Source: Deltaproteobacteria bacterium (GTDB taxonomy: Bacteria > Desulfobacterota > Desulfarculia > Adiutricales > Adiutricaceae). From it: 41,624 nucleotides of DNA. Position 1 is the stretch's first letter. Each line of letters begins with the position of its first letter. A model generated the notes under the pieces. That model did no database searches. It saw nothing but the letters and a program-made list of their open reading frames with translations, and was not told the DNA's origin. Made by a program: the position numbers and the translations under genes. Location of the stretch: positions 1 through 41,624 of the forward strand of contig JAISEQ010000352.1 of assembly GCA_031264045.1 (NCBI GenBank). The letters are read 5' to 3'. Shown here piece after piece: positions 24,500-33,704 of the stretch.

Positions 24500-25264
24500 C
24501 TAGTCGCCGCCCCTCGAGAAGAGCCTCAGGAGGAAGAAGAAGATGTTGATGAAGTCCAGGTAAAGGTTGAGTGCCCCCAGGCAGACGCTCTTTTCCTGGT
24601 CCTCCGAGCTGGCGAAGCCGCCGGCGTGGATGACGCGGAGCTTCTGGTGGTCGTAGGCGGTCAGGCCCGCGAAGACCAGGACGCCAACGACGCAGATGAC
24701 GAAGTCCATGGCCTCGCTTTTGGCGAAGAAGTTCACGAGCGAGGCGATGATGATGCCCACGAGCCCCATGAAGAGGAAGCTCCCCCATCCCTGGAGGCTC
24801 CTCTTGGTCGCCAGTCCGTATATGGCCATCGCCCCGTAGACTCCCGCCGTCGAGAAGAAGGCCTTGGCGACGATGGCCGGGGAATATACCAGGAGGACGA
24901 GCGAAACCGTGAAACCGATGGACACAGCATAGGCAATGTACAGGCACTTGATGGCCAGGCTCGACAGGCTTTGGATCATGAAGCTTATGAGCAGCACGAG
25001 TCCCAGCTGGAGGATGATGATGGCAATCGGCATGACGGAGGAGCCGTAGATGAGCGAGATCCACCCGTCGGATCGGGACAGAAGGAACCCGGTCAGGCCG
25101 GTCACCGCCAGGGCGCCGCACATCCAGACGTAGACCTTCTGGAAGAAGAGGGCCTCCGAGGTCAAGGCCAGGGAAGCCGAGGAAGGCTGGCCGCCGTACT
25201 GGGGCGGGCCGCCGTACTGGGGCTGGCCGCCGAAGTTCTGGGGCGGCCTGGTAAAGTCCTGCAT
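24500..25264 (-). CDS. Bax inhibitor-1/YccA family membrane protein
   Basis: 254 aa with seven hydrophobic segments and the family's C-terminal pattern (AYDHQKL...LGALNLYLDFINIFFFLLRLF). AGGAG Shine-Dalgarno 5 nt upstream. Gln/Pro/Gly-rich N-terminus. Confidence 0.9.
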   Translation of the reverse strand: MQDFTRPPQNFGGQPQYGGPPQYGGQPSSASLALTSEALFFQKVYVWMCGALAVTGLTGFLLSRSDGWISLIYGSSVMPIAIIILQLGLVLLISFMIQSLSSLAIKCLYIAYAVSIGFTVSLVLLVYSPAIVAKAFFSTAGVYGAMAIYGLATKRSLQGWGSFLFMGLVGIIIASLVNFFAKSEAMDFVICVVGVLVFAGLTAYDHQKLRVIHAGGFASSEDQEKSVCLGALNLYLDFINIFFFLLRLFSRGGD

Positions 25265-26495
25265 CTTTGCTCCTTTCGAGCGGCCCTCGGCGCACCTCCC
25301 GGAGCGCCCGTCATGTGAGGGGACGGGCGGGCGTGAGCCCGGCGGCCATATTCTGAAGATACTTGAAGGAGGCGGAAAACGGGCAGGTGCCGCGCAGGGA
25401 CGCGGGCGGGGTCATTGGGGAGGGCCGGGAACCGCCTTTGGGACCCCGTCCCCGGCACCTTACGGCAAATATAGACACTGCCCCCGCAGAATGCAAGCGC
25501 CGCGCTCTGCGGCCCGTGCCGGCTGCCCGGCCCGTACCGCAGGCCCGGACCGGCGCCCCGGAAGCCCGCCGGCGCCCCTTTCCGCCGGCATTCCCCGTCC
25601 GGGGCCTCGCCCCCCCCCCCGACGGACAGTCGGATCTCCCCGCGTCCGGTCCCCCCCGTCCTCCGTCCCGGCTCGCCTCGCGTCTGGAGAAGCCGCACCC
25701 GCCGTGCCGGTCGGGGAGCAGTCCCCGCAGGCGAAAGGATACGGAGGCGGGCGCGCCCGCAAGCGGCATCCGCAGCCCGGCGCGCCCGGAGGCCGCCGCC
25801 GCGCCCCGTCCCGTCTCCAGGCAGCGGCCCCTCCCCCAGAACCGGCCCCTGGCGCGGCGCCGGGCCATGACGCCCGCACCCCCCCCTCCTCCGAACCCGC
25901 CCGTCGTCCCGCCGGGACTCCGCCCCCGTCCCGCCGGTCGGCCGGTGCCGGACCCGCCCCCCGGAAGACTTCCGCCGCCTTGGGGAGACGATGCCCCAGC
26001 CGGTTCCCGCCCTGCTCCGTGTCCGGCATGACCGCAGCGGTTTGCGGCAGCCCGCCGTTCCAGCGCGGTTTCCGCCTTCTCCCGCTTCCCCTCCCCGGCC
26101 CGGCCCCCCGCCGGAAACGCCGGCCGCCGGCCCCTCCCCAATTCCGCTGGCAGGCATCCGCTGACTGGCGGCTGTTGCACAGGACACTCAGATTTTATGA
26201 TGCCTATAACCCTTATCACATACCTCTTTCAGCATTTTATCAGTTTAAGCATCCACAACTTATCTTATTTTAAGGGCTTAATGAGATTATCATCACATAG
26301 ATCGTCACTTTTTCCTAATTATAATCCAGACTTTGAAGTGACCATCCGATATAATTCCGGATATTTCCATACAGCCCTTGACCAGCTGAATTCCTCCATT
26401 TCAGATACCATCAGGTCACCTTCCCCGGTGCCCTCCTGCGGCATCAAGCTCCGATCCCGTTCCCGACGCCGAGCCCGAACGCGTTCCTTCGCGGC

Positions 26496-26543
26496 GGCCG
26501 TCCGGGCATGCCGGGGGGCGGCCGTCCGGGCATGCCGGGAGGC
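26496..26543. repeat. 24-bp tandem repeat x2 (GGCCGTCCGGGCATGCCGGGRGGC), with a third degenerate GCATGC-centred copy just downstream
   Basis: Copies start at 26496 and 26520. A related cggggcgcatgcccggcgggg lies at about 26556-26576. All are upstream of ruvX. Confidence 0.75.
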
Positions 26544-26696
26544 GCCCGCCCCGGAACGGGGCGCATGCCCGGCGGGGGAAGCCCTGCGGTCCCGCTCCCC
26601 GGAGGGCCCGTTCCGGCGGCATCCGGCACCTGTTGTCAATTTGCGCGGCAAGTGGTAACATCCCTGATCTGCTATGGCGAAAGGAAGGCCCGCAGC

Positions 26697-27152
26697 ATGA
26701 CCACGTACCTGGCCCTCGACCCGGGAGAAAAAAGAGTCGGGGTCGCCGTGAGCGACCCCACCGGGACCGTCGCCCGCCCCCTCCCGCCGCTCGCGAGGAG
26801 GCCGCACTCGCGGTTCCTTGCGGCGGTGGCGGAGCTCCTTTCGCGGGAGGGGGCGGGAATCCTGGTGGTGGGGCTTCCCCTGAGGGACGGCGCGGCCGGC
26901 CCCAGGGCCCAGGCGGCCATGGCCCTGGCCCATGAGCTCAGGAAGGCCGCGGGGGTTCCCGTGGTGACCGAGGACGAGTCGTTCAGCACGTCTGAGGCCT
27001 GGGACGTCATCCGCGAGAACGGCATCAGGGGATCCCGCGCGGAGGGGCGCGCCGACGGCGTGGCCGCCGCGCTCATCCTGGAACGCCACCTCCGCAGGTC
27101 CGGGGCCGGGAAAGGCCGGCCGGACGGCGACGGGACCGGGGAGGTCCGCTAG
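26697..27152 (+). CDS. ruvX: Holliday junction resolvase-like nuclease RuvX/YqgF
   Basis: AAGGAAGG Shine-Dalgarno 8 nt upstream of ATG 26697. MTTYLALDPGEKRVGVAVSDPTGTVARPL...VVGLPLRDG...ESFSTSEA matches YqgF. Confidence 0.88.
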   Translation: MTTYLALDPGEKRVGVAVSDPTGTVARPLPPLARRPHSRFLAAVAELLSREGAGILVVGLPLRDGAAGPRAQAAMALAHELRKAAGVPVVTEDESFSTSEAWDVIRENGIRGSRAEGRADGVAAALILERHLRRSGAGKGRPDGDGTGEVR

Positions 27153-27156
27153 AGAC

Positions 27157-28230
27157 ATGGGGAACTTCAAGAGGAAGCCCGCTCCGGGCAAGATCCGCAC
27201 GGGCCCCGGCCCCTGGGGCAGGATCGTCGGCTTCGCGGGCCTGGCCGCCGTGGCCGCGCTCATCTTCGTCTTCATAGAGCTCCTCCAGTACGGGGAGCGC
27301 TTCACGGCCCCCGAGAAGACGAGCCGCGAGGTGCTGGTCTCCATCCCCCAGGGAGCCAGCTACGCCCAGATAGCCCAGATCCTCCTGGACGCGGGCGTCA
27401 TCCGCGACAAGGACGCCTTCATCTGGGCGGTGCGCATCAGCTCCAAGCTCAGGAGGCCCGTGGCCGTGAAGGCGGGCGAGCAGACCCTCGATCCCTCCCT
27501 GAACGCCTGGGAGACCCTGGCGCTTCTCGCCAGGGGCAACTTCAAGCTCTACCCCTTCACCGTTCCCGAGGGCTGGAGCATGGCCGAAATCGCCCGCCAG
27601 GTGGAGCTGGCCGGCCTGGGTTCCTCCCGCGACTTCCTGGCCCTGTGCCGCGACCCGGACTACATGAGATCGCTGGGCATAGACGCCCCCAGCCTTGAAG
27701 GCTACCTCTTCCCGGAGACCTACAGCTTCCCGCGCGGCACCCAGCTCAGGACGGTCATAAAGAGCATGACGGACCAGTTCTTCAGGGTCTGGGCCCGCTA
27801 CGCCGACGAGGCGTCGGCCAGGGGGCTCACCATGAACCAGGCGGTGACGCTGGCCTCCATAGTCGAGAAGGAGACCGGAGACCCGGCGGAGAGGCCGCTC
27901 ATCGCCGCGGTCTTCTACAACCGGCTGGCCAAGAAGATGCGCCTCCAGACGGATCCCACCGTCATCTACGGGATTCCCAACTTCGACGGCAACCTGACCC
28001 GCGCCCACCTCCAGGAGCCCCACCCCTGGAACACCTACGTGATCCCGGGCCTGCCCCCCGGCCCCATCGCGAGCCCCGGTGAGGCCGCCATAGCCGCCTC
28101 CGTGAACCCGGTGCAGGCGGACTACCTGTATTTCGTGTCCAAGAACGACGGGACCCACCACTTCTCCGCCACCCTTAAGGAGCACAACCGGATGGTAGCC
28201 CAGTACCAGCGTCAGGGCCGGAGCTCCTGA
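27157..28230 (+). CDS. mltG: endolytic murein transglycosylase MltG (YceG-like)
   Basis: N-terminal TM segment, a LysM-like region and the YceG core (ASIVEKETG, FYNRL...MRLQTDPTVIYG, NTYVIPGLPPGPIASPG, YLYFVSKNDGTHHFS). Confidence 0.9.
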   Translation: MGNFKRKPAPGKIRTGPGPWGRIVGFAGLAAVAALIFVFIELLQYGERFTAPEKTSREVLVSIPQGASYAQIAQILLDAGVIRDKDAFIWAVRISSKLRRPVAVKAGEQTLDPSLNAWETLALLARGNFKLYPFTVPEGWSMAEIARQVELAGLGSSRDFLALCRDPDYMRSLGIDAPSLEGYLFPETYSFPRGTQLRTVIKSMTDQFFRVWARYADEASARGLTMNQAVTLASIVEKETGDPAERPLIAAVFYNRLAKKMRLQTDPTVIYGIPNFDGNLTRAHLQEPHPWNTYVIPGLPPGPIASPGEAAIAASVNPVQADYLYFVSKNDGTHHFSATLKEHNRMVAQYQRQGRSS

Positions 28231-28461
28231 CCAGCCTCCGGCCGCCGTCCCGGCCCCCCGCCGCGGCGGCCCCGAACAGGCCGCCCCCCGGACCCGGGCC
28301 GCCCCGCCCGTCTGCCCCCGGCACTCCCGGCCACGCCGGACCGTGTTCGTTCCCTCACGGTTCGCGGCCGGAACGCGCCCCCCCGGCACCTCCCGCAGCC
28401 GTGAACCGGGAGCCTCCCGGCCGACGCCCCAAGCCCGCCCCCAGCGAGGCGGTCCCGGATC

Positions 28462-29889
28462 ATGCACTCCTTCATAATCAAACGAAGCATCCTGGCCGAG
28501 ATCGTCCCGGCCTTCGCGGTGAACCTCGCCGTCTTCACCTTCATCCTGCTCATGGCCCGCGCCATGCAGCTGGCTGACCTGGTCATCACCAACGGCGTCT
28601 CCACCGGGGACGTCGCCGGGATCCTGCTCCTGGTCATGCCCAAGATGCTTTCGATGTCCATCCCCATGGCGGCTCTCCTGGCCCCGCTCACGACATTCCT
28701 CCGGATGAGCGCGGACTCGGAGATTACCGTCCTCAAGGCCTCGGGGGTGTCCCTCTACCAGCTCCTGCCGCCGGTCGTGCTCTTCGGTCTCGCGGCGGGG
28801 ATAATAACGGGCGTCTTCAACGTGTTCGTGACCCCGGCCGCCAACCTCCGCTTCCGCACCGAGCTCCTGTCCCTGGCCAAGGCCAGGGCGGATCTGGCCA
28901 TAAAGGAGCAGGTGTTCGTCAGGGACTTCACCGGGCTCACCATCTACGTCGGCCAGCTCCCCAGCCGGGCCGAGGAGATGGAGAACATCTTCATAAGCGA
29001 CCGCAGACTTGAGGGCGAGAACACCGTCATCGTGGCCAAGCGCGGGGTGCTGGACATCGACCGCGAGGAGGGGCTGCTCCTCTTCAGGCTCTACAGCGGC
29101 GTGATCGACCGCATGCACGAGAACCGGGGGAGCGTGGACAGCATCTTTTTCGAGACCTACGAGCTGAAAATCTTCCCCGGCCCCGAGTTCGCCCAGGAGG
29201 AGGGCGGCTTCGCGGCAGGCCGCTCGGAGCTCCCCACGTCCAGCCTGCTCGCCGTGGGCGCCCGCCTGAAGGCCGCGGGCGATCCGGGCTGGATCTACTA
29301 CGAGCTCGAGTTCCACCGGCGCTTAGCCTTCCCGGTGGCGGCGTTCCTGATGGCCGTGATAGGCATGCCCCTGGGCGCGAGCTTCCGCACCCGGGGCCGC
29401 AACTTCGGGCTCGGGGTGGGCCTCGTCATCTTCGTGGTCTACTACTCCGTCTTCTCGCTGGGCATGAGCTTCGCCACGACCGGGGCCGTGTCTCCGGCGC
29501 CGGCCACCTGGTCCGCCAACGCCATAGCGGCCGCCCTCGCCCTCCTGCTGCTGAAGGGCATCAACCGCTCCGCGGCCATCGACCCCGGCGCGTCCGTCCG
29601 CAGGGCCTGGTCAAGGGTCCTGGGGAGGCCCGCCAACGGCAGGACGGGGGGAGGATCCGGAGGCGGGATGTCAGGAGACGGGACGGCGGGCGGCGGCTCC
29701 CCGGCAGGTCCCGGAGACGGGAAAGCCGGAACGGGCAGGGAGGCCGCCGGGAACGGCGGGTTCAGTTTCAGGATCAGATCGGGGCTCATGCCCGGAGGCG
29801 CCGGAGCGCGGACGATTCCCCCCCGGCCTTTTCCCGCCGGAGCCTTTCCCGCGGCGCGGCCGCGCAGGGCTCCCGGAGGCCGGACGTGA
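28462..29889 (+). CDS. lptF: LPS export ABC permease LptF (YjgP/YjgQ family) with low-complexity C-terminal tail
   Basis: Family N-terminus (IIKRSILAEIVPAFAVNLAVFTFILLM) followed by ADSEITVLKASGVSLYQL. Paired with the adjacent lptG. The last roughly 95 aa are Gly/Pro/Ala/Arg-rich. Confidence 0.85.
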   Translation: MHSFIIKRSILAEIVPAFAVNLAVFTFILLMARAMQLADLVITNGVSTGDVAGILLLVMPKMLSMSIPMAALLAPLTTFLRMSADSEITVLKASGVSLYQLLPPVVLFGLAAGIITGVFNVFVTPAANLRFRTELLSLAKARADLAIKEQVFVRDFTGLTIYVGQLPSRAEEMENIFISDRRLEGENTVIVAKRGVLDIDREEGLLLFRLYSGVIDRMHENRGSVDSIFFETYELKIFPGPEFAQEEGGFAAGRSELPTSSLLAVGARLKAAGDPGWIYYELEFHRRLAFPVAAFLMAVIGMPLGASFRTRGRNFGLGVGLVIFVVYYSVFSLGMSFATTGAVSPAPATWSANAIAAALALLLLKGINRSAAIDPGASVRRAWSRVLGRPANGRTGGGSGGGMSGDGTAGGGSPAGPGDGKAGTGREAAGNGGFSFRIRSGLMPGGAGARTIPPRPFPAGAFPAARPRRAPGGRT

Positions 29890-30989
29890 GCGTCATCACC
29901 CGTTATCTGGCGGGGCTCTTCCTGCGGCACCTGGGGCTCTGCCTGCTGGGCTTCCTGGCGCTCTTCATCGTCGTGGACTTCATCGAGAAGATCTCCGACT
30001 TCGTGAGCCACTCCATACCCTACTCGGACATAGCTCTCTACTTCGCGGCCCAGATCCCCTACGTCTCCATCATGCTGGTCCCGGTGGCCACGCTGGCCTC
30101 GACGCTCATCACCCTGGTCCTGCTCGCCCGCAACTCGGAGATAGTCGCCTTCAAGGGATCGGGCGTGAGCCTCTGGCGGCTCTCGAGGCCCTTCCTGGGC
30201 GCCGGGCTTCTCCTCTGCGCCCTGGTCTTTCTCCTGGAGAACCTGGTCACGCCGTCCGCCGCCCAGGTGGCCAACCGCATCTGGGAAGGCCAGGTCAGGA
30301 ACCGCCGCGCGGAGACCCTCCAGATGGAGGTGAGGGACGTCTGGGCGAGGGACATAAGGCTGCTCGAGCACTTCGCCGTCTACGACGAGGCGAGAGGAGA
30401 GGCCAGGGACGCCTCCTTCATCATCTACGACGACAATCTGAACCTCTCCAAGCGCATAGAGGCCGGCCGCGCCCGCTTCACGCCCGAAGGCCTGAGGCTC
30501 GCCGACGCCCAGATCAAGAGCTACCGAGGCATGGACGGGGAAGGCGGGCGCCGCTTCGACTTCAGCCGCCAGCCCGAACTCTTCATTCCCGGCTTCCCGG
30601 CGCCTCCCGCCGGCCTCGGGCGCCAGGGCGAGACGAACTCCGCCGAGATGAGCTTCCGCGCCCTGTCGGAAAGCATACAGCTCCTCCAGGCCGAGGGGTT
30701 CTACCCCATCCGCCAGATGGTCGATCTCCAGTTCAAGTTCTCGCGGCCGTTCATAACCCTCGTCATGATAATCGTGGGCATACCCATCGGCTTCTGGCGC
30801 GAGAAGGGCGGGAGCGTGGCCCTGGGGCTCGTGCCGGGGCTGGTGCTCTCGTTTCTGTACCTGGTCACCATGGAGGTCTCCAGGAGCATCGGCTACGCAG
30901 GGCTCATGCCGCCTCTCCTGGCTGCATGGCTCCCGAACTTCTTCTTCCTGCTCGTGGGGCTCTTCCTCTTCAGCTACGTGCGGCAGTAG
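29886..30989 (+). CDS. lptG: LPS export ABC permease LptG (YjgP/YjgQ family)
   Basis: GTG 29886 overlaps the lptF stop (GTGA). ITRYLAGLFLRHLGLCLLGFLALFIVVDFIEK and ARNSEIVAFKGSGVSLWRL are present. Confidence 0.85.
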   Translation: MSVITRYLAGLFLRHLGLCLLGFLALFIVVDFIEKISDFVSHSIPYSDIALYFAAQIPYVSIMLVPVATLASTLITLVLLARNSEIVAFKGSGVSLWRLSRPFLGAGLLLCALVFLLENLVTPSAAQVANRIWEGQVRNRRAETLQMEVRDVWARDIRLLEHFAVYDEARGEARDASFIIYDDNLNLSKRIEAGRARFTPEGLRLADAQIKSYRGMDGEGGRRFDFSRQPELFIPGFPAPPAGLGRQGETNSAEMSFRALSESIQLLQAEGFYPIRQMVDLQFKFSRPFITLVMIIVGIPIGFWREKGGSVALGLVPGLVLSFLYLVTMEVSRSIGYAGLMPPLLAAWLPNFFFLLVGLFLFSYVRQ

Positions 30990-31163
30990 CGGCCGCGGTC
31001 GGACAGGGCGCGCGGGGCGGAAGACGGCCCGGGGCGCCGGCCGGACGAAGGCTTCCCCGAAGCGCCCCCGGCCGGGGACCGGCGGCGGCGCGGAAGCGGC
31101 GTCCGGGAGCCTTCAGGACGCGGAGGCAGAGCTTCCGAACCCGAATCGCGCGCGGCTAGCAGG

Positions 31164-31201
31164 GCGCCGAGGCGGCACGGGCGCCCTTGCCGCCTCGGCG
31201 C
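31164..31201. terminator. perfect 14-bp-stem hairpin in the convergent lptG/kinase spacer
   Basis: GCGCCGAGGCGGCA-cgggcgccct-TGCCGCCTCGGCGC. The two arms are exact reverse complements. There is no U tract. Confidence 0.4.
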
Positions 31202-31340
31202 GCCCGGGGGCGGGAGCCGCGAAGCGGCGTCCCTCCGGAACGCCGGGCCGCCCGGAAATTCCGCGCGCGGACGCGGGAGCAAGCCGCGCGGGCGCAGAGC
31301 ACCGTTCGCGGACGCGGCACCGCGCCGCCGTGACGCGTGG

Positions 31341-31367
31341 CCCCGTGCGCCGGCACGGGGATCTTTT
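31341..31367 (+). terminator. Rho-independent terminator candidate (+ strand)
   Basis: CCCCGTGC-gccg-GCACGGGG (8-bp GC stem, 4-nt loop) is followed by ATCTTTTG. Lies about 350 nt downstream of the lptG stop. Confidence 0.55.
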
Positions 31368-31649
31368 GCTCGCAGAGACAGCACGCGATACGCGGATATG
31401 TCTTCATGCGTATCCGATATGCGTTTCCGCGCCGATGCCGGACGGAACTGCCGTGCCGCGATCCGGAGCCTGGTGACGGACACTTGAGCCATCGCAGATG
31501 TTCCGGCCGTCCGGTCCCGGATCGCGGGACAGATCCGCAGGGCTGCGGACGTCGGCCCGGAGCGCTCCCCGGCCCGCGCCGATCTGTGCCGGATGCCCTC
31601 AAACGCCGCCCGCGTGCACGGGGCCTCCGCCTCAGGGACCGCCGCGGGA

Positions 31650-33704
31650 TCACGCGGCGGAATAGCCTCTCGCGGGCTGGGCCCCCTTCTTGGAGGCGGG
31701 AATCCACTTCTTCAGGATCCTGTCGAGCTCCTCCACGTCTATGGGCTTGGCCATGAAGTCGTCGAAGCCGTTTTCCAGGAAGAACTCCCTCATGCCCGCG
31801 AGCGCGTTGGCAGTGAAGGCCACGACCGGCAGGGTCGCGAAACGCTCCTCTTCCATCGCGCGTATCACCTGGACCGTCTCTATGCCGTCCATGCCGGGCA
31901 TCATGTGGTCCAGGAGCACCAGATCGAAGTCCCTCTTCTCCAGGGCAAGCACGGCCTCGCGGCCGCTGGATGCGGTTGACACCCGCGCCAGGTACGGGGC
32001 GAGCAGGCCCTCGGCGACCAGGAGGTTGGAGGGGAGATCGTCCACCACGAGTATCGCCGCCTCCGGGGAGGTGAAGCTCACCTTGGGCACCAGCGCGGCG
32101 GCGGACGGCGCAGTGTCCAGTTCGCCCATGGGCGTGGGGTCGGCAGCCTTCTGCACTATCTCCGCGGAAAAGACGGAGCCCTTCCCCTGCTCGCTCTCCG
32201 CCGTGATGTCGCCCCCCATCGCCCGCGCGAGCGAACGGGCTATGGCGAGCCCCAGGCCGGTGCCCTCCACGCCCTGCGTCTCCGACGAGTCCCCGCGCGA
32301 AAATTCCCTGAAGATCCTCTTCATGTCAGAGGGGCTGATTCCGACGCCCGTGTCCTCCACGCGGAAGGTGAGCCGCACCGATCCCATGAGGACGGACTCG
32401 TCCCGGACGGCATCGTCCCCCGTCCCCGCCGTCCCTCCGCCGCTCCCTCCCCCGCCGTCGGGCCCGGCCTCCCCGGAAGCGTCCGGAGCGCCCGCCGGAG
32501 CCCCGGCCACGGCGGAACGCGCCCCGGCGCCGATTGGCCCGCCCAGGGGCCTGGACGTCACCGTGAGCTTCACGCAGCCGCGGGGCGTGAACTTCACGGC
32601 GTTGTGGAGAAGGTTCAGGAGTATCTGCTTCACGCGCCCGCCGTCCCCGTACAGGACGCCCGGCAGATCGGGGGAGGCTATGACCTGGAGCTCCACGGGA
32701 CGCTCCCCTATGCGCACGCGGGCCACCGCAGCGGAGTCGGCCAGGAGCGCGGCGGTCCCGTAGCGGTGGGCCTTGAGCGTCACCGCCCCCTGCTCGACCT
32801 TGGAGATGTCCAGGATGTCGTCTATGACGGCTATCAGCCCCGCGCCAGCCTTGGCCACGCCGTTTATGCGATCAAGCGCCCGCGGCTCCCCGTACTCGCG
32901 CTGGGCGAGCTCCGCGAGGCTCACCACGGCGGCCATGGGGGTGCGGATCTCGTGCGACATGCGGGCCAGGAAGGACGACTTCGCCCGCATGGCCGCCTCC
33001 GCCCTTCTCGCCGAAGTCCGGCTCGAGAGTATCGAGGCCAGCCCGCAGGCGGAGACCAGGAGCACGGCCAGGATCTGGATGGACAGGAAGAGCATCATCC
33101 GGGAGTTGGCGAGCCTCAGGAAGCGGTCGTCCAGGTCAACGCCCGCCACCGCCTCCACCCCGCCGTCCGCCCGCCTCACGGGCGCGTAGGCGCTGGCGAT
33201 CCCTTCCCAGCCCTCCACGTACACGCCTATGCCCTCGCAGACCACCTCGCCCCGCTCCCAGGTCGCCTCCGCCCCGGTCTCGTCCGCCAGATCCACGAGC
33301 TTCGTGTCCAGTCCCACCCGCGTCCGCTCGTTGTAGTCGTTGTCGACGATGTAGCGTATCTTGCCTCCCGGCACCAGGCGGAAGTAGTAGACGTAGAGCG
33401 CGTCAGTCTTCCGCCCGAACTCCGCGAGCCTGGTCTTGAGCTCCGCGTATCCGGGACGCCCCACGTCTTCCGGGACGGTGTACCGCGCGAGCTCGTCCGC
33501 GGTGGTCATCGCCGCGAGCGACACCGCCTGGCGGCTTATCCTCGCCACGAAGGCCCTCTCCTGGTCGGCCATGTAGTCCCGCAGGATTATCCCGGTGTAG
33601 AGCGAGAGCGCCAGGACCGCGCCCAGCGAGACCAGGAACATCACGAATACCGAATGCCTCCCGAAGAAGGCCCGGATCCCCCGTTCACGGGCGGGGAGCT
33701 CCAT
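31650..33704 (-). CDS. hybrid sensor histidine kinase/response regulator (TM-Cache-like-TM-HisKA-HATPase-REC), canonical motifs
   Basis: H-box SHEIRTPMAAV, N-box LLNLLHNAVKFT, G1 EDTGVGI, G2 GTGLGLAI. Receiver has ILVVDD...DLVLLDHMMPGMDG...VVAFTANA...MAKPI. ATG 33704 has a GGAAGG Shine-Dalgarno 7 nt upstream; GTG 33707 is also possible. Overlaps the upstream kinase stop. Confidence 0.9.
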   Translation of the reverse strand: MELPARERGIRAFFGRHSVFVMFLVSLGAVLALSLYTGIILRDYMADQERAFVARISRQAVSLAAMTTADELARYTVPEDVGRPGYAELKTRLAEFGRKTDALYVYYFRLVPGGKIRYIVDNDYNERTRVGLDTKLVDLADETGAEATWERGEVVCEGIGVYVEGWEGIASAYAPVRRADGGVEAVAGVDLDDRFLRLANSRMMLFLSIQILAVLLVSACGLASILSSRTSARRAEAAMRAKSSFLARMSHEIRTPMAAVVSLAELAQREYGEPRALDRINGVAKAGAGLIAVIDDILDISKVEQGAVTLKAHRYGTAALLADSAAVARVRIGERPVELQVIASPDLPGVLYGDGGRVKQILLNLLHNAVKFTPRGCVKLTVTSRPLGGPIGAGARSAVAGAPAGAPDASGEAGPDGGGGSGGGTAGTGDDAVRDESVLMGSVRLTFRVEDTGVGISPSDMKRIFREFSRGDSSETQGVEGTGLGLAIARSLARAMGGDITAESEQGKGSVFSAEIVQKAADPTPMGELDTAPSAAALVPKVSFTSPEAAILVVDDLPSNLLVAEGLLAPYLARVSTASSGREAVLALEKRDFDLVLLDHMMPGMDGIETVQVIRAMEEERFATLPVVAFTANALAGMREFFLENGFDDFMAKPIDVEELDRILKKWIPASKKGAQPARGYSAA

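Noticed and set aside
25311-26273. ORFs of 189-341 aa in all frames across the BI-1/ruvX spacer.
   Set aside because: All frames are open simultaneously. The products are low-complexity R/G/P strings with no Shine-Dalgarno or start context and no recognisable family. The region is treated as non-coding and flagged as a finding instead.
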